This document shows, one piece after another, positions 53,300 to 62,149 of a DNA stretch of 64,000 nt (the stretch's first letter is position 1; each line of letters opens with the position of its first letter). The position numbers and the translations under genes are program-made. The notes under the pieces are model-generated. The model saw only the letters and a program-made list of their open reading frames with translations. It was not told where the DNA came from and ran no database searches. This DNA comes from a virus. The stretch lies in IMG/VR virus record IMGVR_UViG_3300025466_000014, one strand, 5' to 3'.

Positions 53300-54304
53300 A
53301 TGCTAAATCAATACGTGGTAGCCCGAGTTAGGACTAAAGAAGGTAGCAAGCTTGTTTTTGGTAAGGTTCACGAGTTAGCAAAGGGAATTGCTTACTTGAC
53401 TGGGGCTAAAGATGCTCATATACCTCATCTTAAGACTTCCTACGAAGTTCCGGTAAAGGAAGTTGTTGCAGTATTAAACGACAACGTTCCATCGGGAAAG
53501 ATATGGGGCTTCGACGTAGACAGTTGCCTTAAAGGGAAAGTACCTCATGACTTTTTTGGTGACATTGCTTTTTTCTATAAACCAACTAAAGAGGTTAAAG
53601 CTAAACTAATTACGGCTTTTGACGACGCAGCAAAAGTATTTACTAAAGCAGGTTTTAGTTTTCCCGACGAATGCGTATGGGAAATTTACTCACCTGAGAC
53701 TTCTGGTAAGTGGGCTGGTCGCTATAAGCATTCTAAGCACCCGGATAAGAATCCGCACCGCCTGCAGATTGCTCCTGAGAAACATAACGATAACCTTTAT
53801 GTTATTCTTCACGAGCTTGCGCATCACGTAGATTTCTCTTTCCTGCAAAAAGCACCTAAACTACAGGCCGCTTGGATTAGACTCTACAATACCTCCATTA
53901 AACCCCAGACAATTCGCAAAGATGTATCTCAAAGTCTTTTAGACCTTCTAATTGACGGCGAAGATCGCCCATCTGATTTTAAAGGTCAGCTTGAGGAAGA
54001 ACAGCGTAACGCCTTTAACTGGATTATTCGCCAAATAAAGGCAGACCACTCTGTGGGCATTTTTGAATTAGACACGCTGTTTGAGGCTCAATGCAAAGAT
54101 GAGATAAAAACTCTCTGGCCCCTGCGCACACTTGCTAAAAAAGAATTAGCGCCTATTGTTAGTGAGTACGCAACTACTAACGTAAAGGAACTAATCGCAG
54201 AGTCTTTCTCCTTTTATTGGACAAAGAAGAAACTGCCCAGTAAAGTTCATGACTTGGTAGAAAAGACTCTTAGTTACGCAAAAACCCAGGTAGAAAAATC
54301 CTGA
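53300..54304 (+). CDS. Zincin-like metallopeptidase
   Basis: ILHELAHH..F (HExxH) and YA..N..ELIAESF. Confidence 0.75.
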   Translation: MLNQYVVARVRTKEGSKLVFGKVHELAKGIAYLTGAKDAHIPHLKTSYEVPVKEVVAVLNDNVPSGKIWGFDVDSCLKGKVPHDFFGDIAFFYKPTKEVKAKLITAFDDAAKVFTKAGFSFPDECVWEIYSPETSGKWAGRYKHSKHPDKNPHRLQIAPEKHNDNLYVILHELAHHVDFSFLQKAPKLQAAWIRLYNTSIKPQTIRKDVSQSLLDLLIDGEDRPSDFKGQLEEEQRNAFNWIIRQIKADHSVGIFELDTLFEAQCKDEIKTLWPLRTLAKKELAPIVSEYATTNVKELIAESFSFYWTKKKLPSKVHDLVEKTLSYAKTQVEKS

Positions 54305-54316
54305 TTGGAGAACTAA

Positions 54317-54730
54317 ATGAAGTTAGCTAAGTTGATGAATTCCAGCGAAAAAATGCGCAAGATGAATGCGCGTTTCGTCAAAGTCGTGGCCTTCAAGAAG
54401 GGATACAATAGGCTAGGTCAGGCAACTGCTATCGCCAAAACCTATACCCCATTAGAATTTAATTCTGCTAAGACTGTAGTTCGCTCCCGAGATTTAAACC
54501 GCTACGTTTCTTCTATTGTCTTTCTTGACAAGAAACTGAACGTTAAGGTATCCTGCTCCTGCCCTGACTTTTTATTCCGATGGGAGTATCCTCTCTACGC
54601 AAACGGAGCAGCTGACATTGTTTACGGCAACGGTGATCCTGCTAACACAACCAACCCAGGTAACGTCCCTGGAATGTGCAAGCACCTAATCGCTTTGCGT
54701 GTTCTTATTAAGAATTCTGAGAATGTCTAA
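54317..54730 (+). CDS. SWIM Zn-finger protein
   Basis: VSCSCPDF...CKHLIAL. Confidence 0.8.
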   Translation: MKLAKLMNSSEKMRKMNARFVKVVAFKKGYNRLGQATAIAKTYTPLEFNSAKTVVRSRDLNRYVSSIVFLDKKLNVKVSCSCPDFLFRWEYPLYANGAADIVYGNGDPANTTNPGNVPGMCKHLIALRVLIKNSENV

Positions 54731-54732
54731 AG

Positions 54733-55674
54733 ATGTCTTATCAGCATTCGGAATCTTTTGCTAAACTTAAATCCATTAAAGAGGGTATTGATAGTTCCCT
54801 AACAAGCTATCAATGGCTTGCAACTCTTGATTATTTTATTGAATCCGCAATTGACCCTATGGTTACCTCTTTACCACTGCTAGTAAACAACTACTACGCT
54901 AAGGTAATTGCTTGGCAATCACATAAGCCTTCAATAAAGTTTTCAAGAATAAACAAACATGATTTGCCCACTCTGCTTTTTAACTCTATTACTACCGAAG
55001 GTGCGGTGAGCAGAAGCTTTCAAAAAGAGATGCTACTTAACCGAGGCCTCCTGTTTGGGCTAATTAACATCTTTCAGCATACTGTAAATGGATATATGCA
55101 AGTGCATAATCCGGCTACTAGGATAACCAACAATGACCGAATGTTAAAACTGGCTATTGCTGAAAAGAATTTTGATACTACCTACTTGTATGCTTCGGCT
55201 AGAGAATCTCAATTCTGGGCTAACAAGGCTTACTCGTTCAAAAAGCTTATAGTTCAAAAGTACACTAGGCTGGCGCTAATGAACGCGAAGGGCGTTTACA
55301 CGCAGGTTCATACGTATCTTAAACTAGACGATATCGTGCAAACGTATCTAATGTTTTTATCTAAGGCCATTGACCGGTGTGACTCTAGGCAAGGTGTGCT
55401 TACTACGTTTATACAAACTTGGTTTCACTCTGCTAAGGCGCATACTATGAAAGAAGCCCAAGATAAACATCAGCAATCATCTTTTGATGAACAGCATGAA
55501 ACAACAGATTTGTCGGTAGGTCCTGATACCTCTTACGAGAATATTCAGCACATAGCCAGCACTGCTAAAAGAGTTGACCCATCAGGAATTTTGCGCGTGT
55601 CTCTTGGCATACCAGAATTTTTGAGTAGCAACCAGTTAAGTATCTTAGCCCACCACTGTAAAAAGGAAATTTAA
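54733..55674 (+). CDS. Sigma70-family (region 2) transcription factor
   Basis: IVQKYTRLAL..AK.......LDDIVQ.Y...L.KAIDR.D.RQG.LTTFI..W. Confidence 0.7.
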   Translation: MSYQHSESFAKLKSIKEGIDSSLTSYQWLATLDYFIESAIDPMVTSLPLLVNNYYAKVIAWQSHKPSIKFSRINKHDLPTLLFNSITTEGAVSRSFQKEMLLNRGLLFGLINIFQHTVNGYMQVHNPATRITNNDRMLKLAIAEKNFDTTYLYASARESQFWANKAYSFKKLIVQKYTRLALMNAKGVYTQVHTYLKLDDIVQTYLMFLSKAIDRCDSRQGVLTTFIQTWFHSAKAHTMKEAQDKHQQSSFDEQHETTDLSVGPDTSYENIQHIASTAKRVDPSGILRVSLGIPEFLSSNQLSILAHHCKKEI

Positions 55675-55675
55675 A

Positions 55676-57160
55676 ATGGATTTAGATGACGCAAAAAGTA
55701 ATTCACGGGAAAATCAACCGCGTGAATCGGACCTTGTAAACATTTACAAATTCCCAGAGAAAAAATGGGTAACAATTCGTCTAACACCTGGCTTGCAAGT
55801 TAAGGCAAATTATTGGGTTAAGGTTACTACCAAGAGTGGTAAGAAGACAAAGTTCCCAACTAGCGTACCATCTTTTGATACAGCCTCACAAGAGCGGGAT
55901 AGCACAAAATACGATCCATGGCGTGACCTGCAGGCTTACGAGGCAAAGCTGGTTGCCGATGGTAAGATGACTAAGGAAGAACAGAATATTCAGTATAGCC
56001 CTGCGTACTTTATGCAGGCTATTATTCGTTCCGAGCAAAAGAAAGCACCTGCTCGGCTCCCTAAGCCTACGGCAGACGAGCGCAAGACCGGTTTCAAAGA
56101 AAAAGATTCGGATTCATGGACACCCAAGATGGTTGTTTCTTTGGGTCGTGCTTTCATTGGTAAGGTCAAGGACTTGAAGGGGCTTAACACAGTAGAGTCG
56201 CCTAAAACAGGCGCAGTTAAGGCGTTCGCAGTTAACGACGTTAAATTTGGACGTGACTTGCGCGTCTACTTTGACCCTGACAAAGCCCCTGCTGAGCAAT
56301 ATCAAGTACAAATGGGCGATAAGCGTACTCCTCTCACAGAAGAAGAGCTGGCCTATCTGTCTTGGGATTTGTCTTTGCTGGAAGCTCCTACGGTTGAGGA
56401 CTCAGAGATTAAACGTGATTTTGAAAGCTGGGCAACACGTAATAAGATTAAACTTCCTAAGAGCATTAAGGCTTCTAAGAGCCACGATGAAGAGGATGAA
56501 GAAGATGAAGAAGATGAAGAAGACGAGGACGATAAGCCTTCTAAGAAATCCTCTAAGGCTTCGACTAAATCTAAGTCTAAGGCGTCTAAGCACGTTGAGG
56601 ATGACGAAGACGAAGACGAAGAAGATGCTGATGAGGATTTTGACGACGAAGAGGACGAGGACGAGAAGTCTTCTAAGTCAAGCAAGTCCGGTAAATCGGC
56701 TAAGAAGCCCGCAGCTAAGAAGTCATCTAAATTCAAAGTAGATGAGGACGAGGATGAAGATGATTTTGACGACGAAGATGAGGATGAAGATGAGGATGAA
56801 GATGAGGAGGACGAAAAGCCTTCTAAGTCTAAGAAACCCGCTGCGAAAAAGTCTTCCAAGAAAAAAGTAGATGAAGACGAAGACGATTTTGACGACGAGG
56901 AAGACGATGACGAATCTGATGATGAAGACGAAGATTCGGATGACGAGGATGAAGACGAAGAGGATGTAAAGCCTTCTAAGTCTAAGAAACCTGCAGCCAA
57001 GTCTACAAAATCTAAAAAGAAAGTAGACGAGGATGATTTTGACGACGAAGACGAGGACGAAGAAGCTGAACCTCCTAAGTCCAAAAAGCCAGCTGCTAAG
57101 AAGACTTCCTCTAAGTCTAAGAAAAAAGTAGATGATGAAGACGAAGACGACGATTTCTAA
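55676..57160 (+). CDS. ssb: gp32-like ssDNA-binding protein with a long alternating acidic/basic tail
   Basis: F..KW.TIRL.P...Y...AI.R...D.K.GRDL.V.......Y.V.....TPLTEEE; acidic C-terminus ending in F; lies upstream of recA. Confidence 0.65.
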   Translation: MDLDDAKSNSRENQPRESDLVNIYKFPEKKWVTIRLTPGLQVKANYWVKVTTKSGKKTKFPTSVPSFDTASQERDSTKYDPWRDLQAYEAKLVADGKMTKEEQNIQYSPAYFMQAIIRSEQKKAPARLPKPTADERKTGFKEKDSDSWTPKMVVSLGRAFIGKVKDLKGLNTVESPKTGAVKAFAVNDVKFGRDLRVYFDPDKAPAEQYQVQMGDKRTPLTEEELAYLSWDLSLLEAPTVEDSEIKRDFESWATRNKIKLPKSIKASKSHDEEDEEDEEDEEDEDDKPSKKSSKASTKSKSKASKHVEDDEDEDEEDADEDFDDEEDEDEKSSKSSKSGKSAKKPAAKKSSKFKVDEDEDEDDFDDEDEDEDEDEDEEDEKPSKSKKPAAKKSSKKKVDEDEDDFDDEEDDDESDDEDEDSDDEDEDEEDVKPSKSKKPAAKSTKSKKKVDEDDFDDEDEDEEAEPPKSKKPAAKKTSSKSKKKVDDEDEDDDF

Positions 57161-57188
57161 AATATGTTAGGTGGTGGTGTGAGGCTAA

Positions 57189-57227
57189 TGGGGCTAGCAG
57201 GGGTTCGCCTCTCCTAGCCCCATTTTT
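57189..57227 (+). terminator. Rho-independent terminator
   Basis: TGGGGCTAG...TTCG...CTAGCCCCA-TTTTT. Confidence 0.85.
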
Positions 57228-57248
57228 ATTTCTTTGTTAGGAAATTAC

Positions 57249-58736
57249 ATGGTTACAAGAAAATCTAAAGTTGCGGTAGAAAAAACTCCACGTGCTAAGA
57301 AGGTGCGTGAGCCTGCTGTAAAAGAAAAAGACACGCGCCCTAAGATTGACGTTTATTCTCTGTATTCAGACTCTCTAGACGTAATTGCTAAACGTCAGGG
57401 TTTTGAGTCGTCTGGCCTGGACGTTGCGCCACCTATGTCTACAGGTATGCTAGAAGTAGACATGGTTATGGGCGGCGGTATTCGCGCCTGTATGTTAACT
57501 GGCGCTGGCAACGAGCAATGTGCAAAAACTACTCTAGCTTTAACTGCTATGGGTGCGGCTATTAAAGCCAACATTCCCATTATCGGATTTATGGACTTCG
57601 AAGGCTCTACGAAGAATTCTAAGCCCTATGTTCACTCTATTCTCAAGGGCATGGGCATTAAGCTTTCTATGGACGAAGTCTTTGGTAAGGTCAACAAGGA
57701 CGGGACTGTTACTCCGGGACGTGTACGTTATAGGGCTGAGACTATCCTAGAGCGTTTCTACGATTGGCTCTCTGAGATTCTGCGCGAATTGCCGGATAAG
57801 CGATACGTTGAGGGAAAATGGTGGCTAGTATTCGATGAGAAGAATAAAAGGCACAAGGCTAAAGTCAGCGAGTTTCTAGACGAACGCATGACCAAGAAGT
57901 ACGGCAATGGCCTTTGGGTTGAAGCTCCTGACGATAAGATTCAGGGCATTATCTTTGTTGACTCTTATACTGCCATGCAGCCTGAGGCTAAAGACGAGGA
58001 AGAAATCAGCAATCAGCTTTCAGTTAAGGCTTCTGCTTTCTCTAAACAACTAGAGCGTGTTAAGGGCCGTATGGGTCAAAAGATGGTAACCGTTTACGGT
58101 TTAAACCATCTGCGAGCTAATCCTATGGCAATGTTTGGGCCTAAAGAGTCTGAAAAGGGCGGCAACGCGTTGCAACAATTTTCCGATGTGCGTTTACGTC
58201 AGACTAGCCGTTCTCTGTCTGCTGCGCCGTTTTCGCCTAAACCAGACAAGAAGCTTGGCTACGATGAGTCAGAACCTTCAACAGAATTTGAAGGCGGCAA
58301 AGACCGTTATCGGTACGTTCACGTTAAGGCCATTAAGAACAAACTGTGGACCCCTCAACGCGAATGCTTTATTCGTATTTGGGTAGAAGACGGTTCAGGT
58401 ACAGCGCGTGGTCTTGACCCTGTGTTTGATACTATCTGCTTTTTAAAAGACACAGGGCAACTCTCCGGCACACGCAAAAACTTTAAGCTTAATCTGGCTG
58501 GTTTAGGCGCATCTAAAGCCCCTGTGTCTTGGCAGCAACTTAAGCGGTGGATTTTAGGCAACAGAGAGATTATGGTTAAGGCTTCTACACATTGCGGTTA
58601 CAAACCAATGGACCTTCGTGCATTTTGTTTTAAGCAAGTTCAGAGCGGCGTTGCAGAAGATTTGTATGTAAAAGTCCTGTCTGCCAAGTCTGCTGACAAG
58701 AGCGGGAGTGACGAAGATGACAACGGTGACGACTGA
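57249..58736 (+). CDS. recA: RecA/UvsX-like recombinase
   Basis: STG...D...GGG, GNEQCAKTT, D.EG, IFVDS..AM, NHLR, GGNAL..FSDVRL, KNK. Confidence 0.88.
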   Translation: MVTRKSKVAVEKTPRAKKVREPAVKEKDTRPKIDVYSLYSDSLDVIAKRQGFESSGLDVAPPMSTGMLEVDMVMGGGIRACMLTGAGNEQCAKTTLALTAMGAAIKANIPIIGFMDFEGSTKNSKPYVHSILKGMGIKLSMDEVFGKVNKDGTVTPGRVRYRAETILERFYDWLSEILRELPDKRYVEGKWWLVFDEKNKRHKAKVSEFLDERMTKKYGNGLWVEAPDDKIQGIIFVDSYTAMQPEAKDEEEISNQLSVKASAFSKQLERVKGRMGQKMVTVYGLNHLRANPMAMFGPKESEKGGNALQQFSDVRLRQTSRSLSAAPFSPKPDKKLGYDESEPSTEFEGGKDRYRYVHVKAIKNKLWTPQRECFIRIWVEDGSGTARGLDPVFDTICFLKDTGQLSGTRKNFKLNLAGLGASKAPVSWQQLKRWILGNREIMVKASTHCGYKPMDLRAFCFKQVQSGVAEDLYVKVLSAKSADKSGSDEDDNGDD

Positions 58737-59418
58737 AAGGCCCGAAGGTCTACCTCTAGTAGAACTAGATAAAGAAGACGCTCTTATGGCGGCTTTAACT
58801 AACTTGGCATATTCCTCAAAAGAGGATTTAGCTAAGAAAGTTAAGCCGCCTAAGATTAAGAAGCCCAAAGGTTCTAGGTCTTCTAAATTTTGGTTTACTA
58901 TGTCAACTGTGGAAATTGAGGTTGAGGAGCAAAAACAAAAGATGCTTCCTCAAGCCTTGGAACACATAGACGCTAACGTAGCTGCTAGGCTTAAAAAGTA
59001 TAAGACGGAACTAAGCCCCGAGTTAAAGAGTAACATTGAAACCGTTAGGGAATTTTTCCTAACGGAGTTAGCACCTTTAACTATTGCTACTAACGGCGGA
59101 GTGACACAGGCAAAAGAGGTTGTGCAGCGACTCCTAGACACTGAAGTTGACCCTAGTCTCTTAGACAAGTTTAATAACATGGCAAATAGAGCAGCCGTAA
59201 TGCGGTTAGCTCTTTTTGTTGTTGAGTATTTCAAACTTCCTAAAGAGCATTTGTCTTATATGTTTCCTACTCCAACAGGTCAAGACCCTGACTTAAAACA
59301 GATACTTGCTTTGCTGAAGAATCTTCCTAAAGAATCTAATAAAGACTCCTTGAAAAATTCTAGCAGGCTTATTGAAAAAACTGTGGAGAATGTAATTGAA
59401 AAATTTGGCGCAAGATAG
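58708..59418 (+). CDS. Hypothetical protein (candidate terminase small subunit by position)
   Basis: Helical ORF overlapping the TerL start; function is positional inference only. Confidence 0.6.
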   Translation: MTKMTTVTTERPEGLPLVELDKEDALMAALTNLAYSSKEDLAKKVKPPKIKKPKGSRSSKFWFTMSTVEIEVEEQKQKMLPQALEHIDANVAARLKKYKTELSPELKSNIETVREFFLTELAPLTIATNGGVTQAKEVVQRLLDTEVDPSLLDKFNNMANRAAVMRLALFVVEYFKLPKEHLSYMFPTPTGQDPDLKQILALLKNLPKESNKDSLKNSSRLIEKTVENVIEKFGAR

Positions 59419-61486
59419 AGAACTAAAACAGCTACAAGCTTTGTTTGGCAACTTAATGAAGGGTCCTAGTACAAATGACTCTTCTGTTATTGTGCCTACC
59501 CAACCTACCTTGGAGATTGACGACGACAACTTTGACATTGTTAAAATCATGTCTGAGTCTACCGACCCAGATACTGGGCTGATGCGCGACTTGAAGATTG
59601 ACGACAGAGACCTTGAGCAGGCCTCCTCATATTACGATTATAGTCTACGTTTAATTATTAACGAGAATAAGCCGCCGTGGATGATTCAAATGTGGACCGG
59701 GCTAATGCTCTTTGGCGAGGTATGTCCTGTATGCTCGGACAAACGCTGGCTTAATCTGGACTGGGTAATTGAAAACGTAGACAAGTCTATGCCCTCTAAA
59801 GAGATTAAGCAAGGCCTAAAGATTTTACGACACGGTGTATGTCCCAAATGCAAGCGTACCAAAGGTGAGCTAATAAAAAACCACGGTCTAAACAACTATG
59901 TTGAGCTTGTAAATGTTCTAGGCCAGCGCTCTGGTAAATCATCTTCGGCTGCTGGCGGCTACGCTACTTATTCTTTGCATAGGTGGCTAAAGTTTCCACG
60001 GCTTGCTGACATGACAAATTCAATGCAGGCTTCAACAGAGTTGACTGGTACCTTTGTTGCACTGACCGCAAGTCGTGCAACAACTCTGTGGACGCCTTTT
60101 ATGAACGTTATTTCAGATTCAGAATGGTTTAAACAGTACGACGCAATGCTTGCACACTATGAGAAAAAATATGGTGTAGAGCTTGTTCGCAAGCGTAGTG
60201 AGTATTTTAAATACTTCCACAAGGGACTGAAATTTTACTTCTCAGGGCCCCGAGGTGAAACACTCCGTGGTGATACTCGTGTTCTAGCTCTAATTGACGA
60301 ATTAGGTTTGTTTCCTCTTCCAGACCCAGAAGCAGAAGAAGCCACAGATAAACGTGCTAACGCAGACGAAGCCCACAAGTCTCTAGTCTCCAGTTTAACT
60401 ACTGCGCAAGCCGCGCAGTCTGTTCTTTTACAGCAGGGCGTTAACTGTCCGTCAGCACTTTTTATGGGTGTGTCTTCTCCAATGTCTGTTCGAGACAAGG
60501 TTATGCGTCGCTTGGCAGACTCACGAACAGAAGAAGGAAAGAAGTATATTTTAGGCGTAAACCTTCCTACCTGGAAAGTGAACCCTTCTCTAGAAAGAAC
60601 CTCTCCCATTATTGCTCTAGCCTATGCAACTAACTGGGAAAAAGCAGAGCGTGACTTTGGTGCTAATCCTCCAATCATTCATAATACGTTCCTGAAGCAT
60701 ACGCAAGTTACTCCGGATTTGTTCACACAGAAAAATACGCACGAGCTTACCTATCATTACGACCAGCCAGGTTATTTATACGGGAAACTAACCCAAAGCT
60801 ATCGCCCTAAGTACCCTTCTATAGTTTGTCTTGATGCAGGTTCAACAAACAATTCCTTTACTTTAGTTGGTGCACACTTTGACTTCGATAAGCAAAAGAC
60901 GGTTGTTACTACCGTCATTGAGATAATGACGCATGACGGACGTCGAATAGATTTTAACCTAGTCTACCTGAATATAATCTTGCCTGTGCTAAAACAGATT
61001 AACGGCGTTGCATTGTTTGCAGACCAGTGGCAGTCTTTGGACATTTTGTCTAGAGCCAAGGAGGATATGGGACTTGCACCTCGACAAAGTAAACCTAGGT
61101 GTATGACGGCACAGTATTCGCCTAAGCGTAGGGACTTCGATTCTCTTGTAGCTGCTTTTGAGAATAAATCAATAGTGCTGCCATTTTTAGCGCAAGTAGA
61201 TTACGACGACGTTGTTACAAATCAGATTTCCTACAAGACGCTAAATAACAAACCTGTTAAACATCTGCTTTTGCAAATGCTAACTGTCACAGACGGTGGT
61301 GTGGGCAAATGTCCAACTAAGGGCGATGGTTACACAGACGACATATTTAGAGCCCTAGTCTTGACAACTCTAATTCATAAAGAGAAGGTTATGGCTCGTC
61401 TTAAGGAAGCTCGCGCGTGGATAGACGCTGACTCAGGTACAGGTTCATCTATGCCTATGCCTGTATTTATACCTAGAAGTTGGTAG
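59396..61486 (+). CDS. terL: Terminase large subunit
   Basis: GQRSGKS (Walker A), LIDE (Walker B), SSP (motif C), nuclease CLDAG, DQWQS, DD..RAL. Confidence 0.9.
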   Translation: MKNLAQDRELKQLQALFGNLMKGPSTNDSSVIVPTQPTLEIDDDNFDIVKIMSESTDPDTGLMRDLKIDDRDLEQASSYYDYSLRLIINENKPPWMIQMWTGLMLFGEVCPVCSDKRWLNLDWVIENVDKSMPSKEIKQGLKILRHGVCPKCKRTKGELIKNHGLNNYVELVNVLGQRSGKSSSAAGGYATYSLHRWLKFPRLADMTNSMQASTELTGTFVALTASRATTLWTPFMNVISDSEWFKQYDAMLAHYEKKYGVELVRKRSEYFKYFHKGLKFYFSGPRGETLRGDTRVLALIDELGLFPLPDPEAEEATDKRANADEAHKSLVSSLTTAQAAQSVLLQQGVNCPSALFMGVSSPMSVRDKVMRRLADSRTEEGKKYILGVNLPTWKVNPSLERTSPIIALAYATNWEKAERDFGANPPIIHNTFLKHTQVTPDLFTQKNTHELTYHYDQPGYLYGKLTQSYRPKYPSIVCLDAGSTNNSFTLVGAHFDFDKQKTVVTTVIEIMTHDGRRIDFNLVYLNIILPVLKQINGVALFADQWQSLDILSRAKEDMGLAPRQSKPRCMTAQYSPKRRDFDSLVAAFENKSIVLPFLAQVDYDDVVTNQISYKTLNNKPVKHLLLQMLTVTDGGVGKCPTKGDGYTDDIFRALVLTTLIHKEKVMARLKEARAWIDADSGTGSSMPMPVFIPRSW

Positions 61487-61527
61487 ATCGGTATGACAAT
61501 TGGGCACTCAAAGTTCAATTTTATTAC

Positions 61528-62139
61528 ATGCGCAAAACTAAAAAACCACCAAAGCCCAATGAAGTTTACGAGCTTCCTACTAAGATAGTCGTCAGAGATC
61601 AGGTAGTAATTCTAGGCATGGACCCTGGCTCTAGGAATTTTGGTATTGCTCTTGTAGGCACCAGTAACGGTAAAATTAAAGTCTATGCCAATGCTGTTTT
61701 AATGCGGCCAGTTAATGACTTGGTATCCTTTGGGATGTCCTCAGATGCTTTCATGAAAGAGATTAAAGCTTGGATAGACTTGGGCAACCCCAAGGGCGTT
61801 GTAGCAGAAAGATTTCAAACGCGAGGTAATGGTGGCCCGCTTATTGAACAAGTTTCTGCAATGCTTGGTCTTATTAGAGGTCGTTATCCGAAATTGCCCA
61901 TGAAGTTGACCATTGCCTCTGCTTGGAAAAATAAATTTAACCGTAGGTTCAATATGGACCTTAAAGAAATTTATCCTACTACAAGAGTTCAACCTCACCA
62001 ACTAGACGCCACACTAATTGGCATTTTTGGTTTAGAGGCTGGTCTAGGCAAAGAGTTGTCGTTTACGATTGAGGACGTTATTAAACAATGCGAAGCAACG
62101 TCTTTAGTTAAACTTAAAAATTTAAAAATTCAGAAATAA
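61528..62139 (+). CDS. ruvC: RuvC-like Holliday junction resolvase
   Basis: ILGMDPGSRNFG, VAERF, WK, H..DA. Confidence 0.85.
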   Translation: MRKTKKPPKPNEVYELPTKIVVRDQVVILGMDPGSRNFGIALVGTSNGKIKVYANAVLMRPVNDLVSFGMSSDAFMKEIKAWIDLGNPKGVVAERFQTRGNGGPLIEQVSAMLGLIRGRYPKLPMKLTIASAWKNKFNRRFNMDLKEIYPTTRVQPHQLDATLIGIFGLEAGLGKELSFTIEDVIKQCEATSLVKLKNLKIQK

Positions 62140-62149
62140 GGAACCTGTT

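Noticed and set aside
56353-57084. 243-aa antisense poly-Ser ORF
   Set aside because: Shadow of the GAY/GAR repeats of the SSB acidic tail; no RBS or independent signal.
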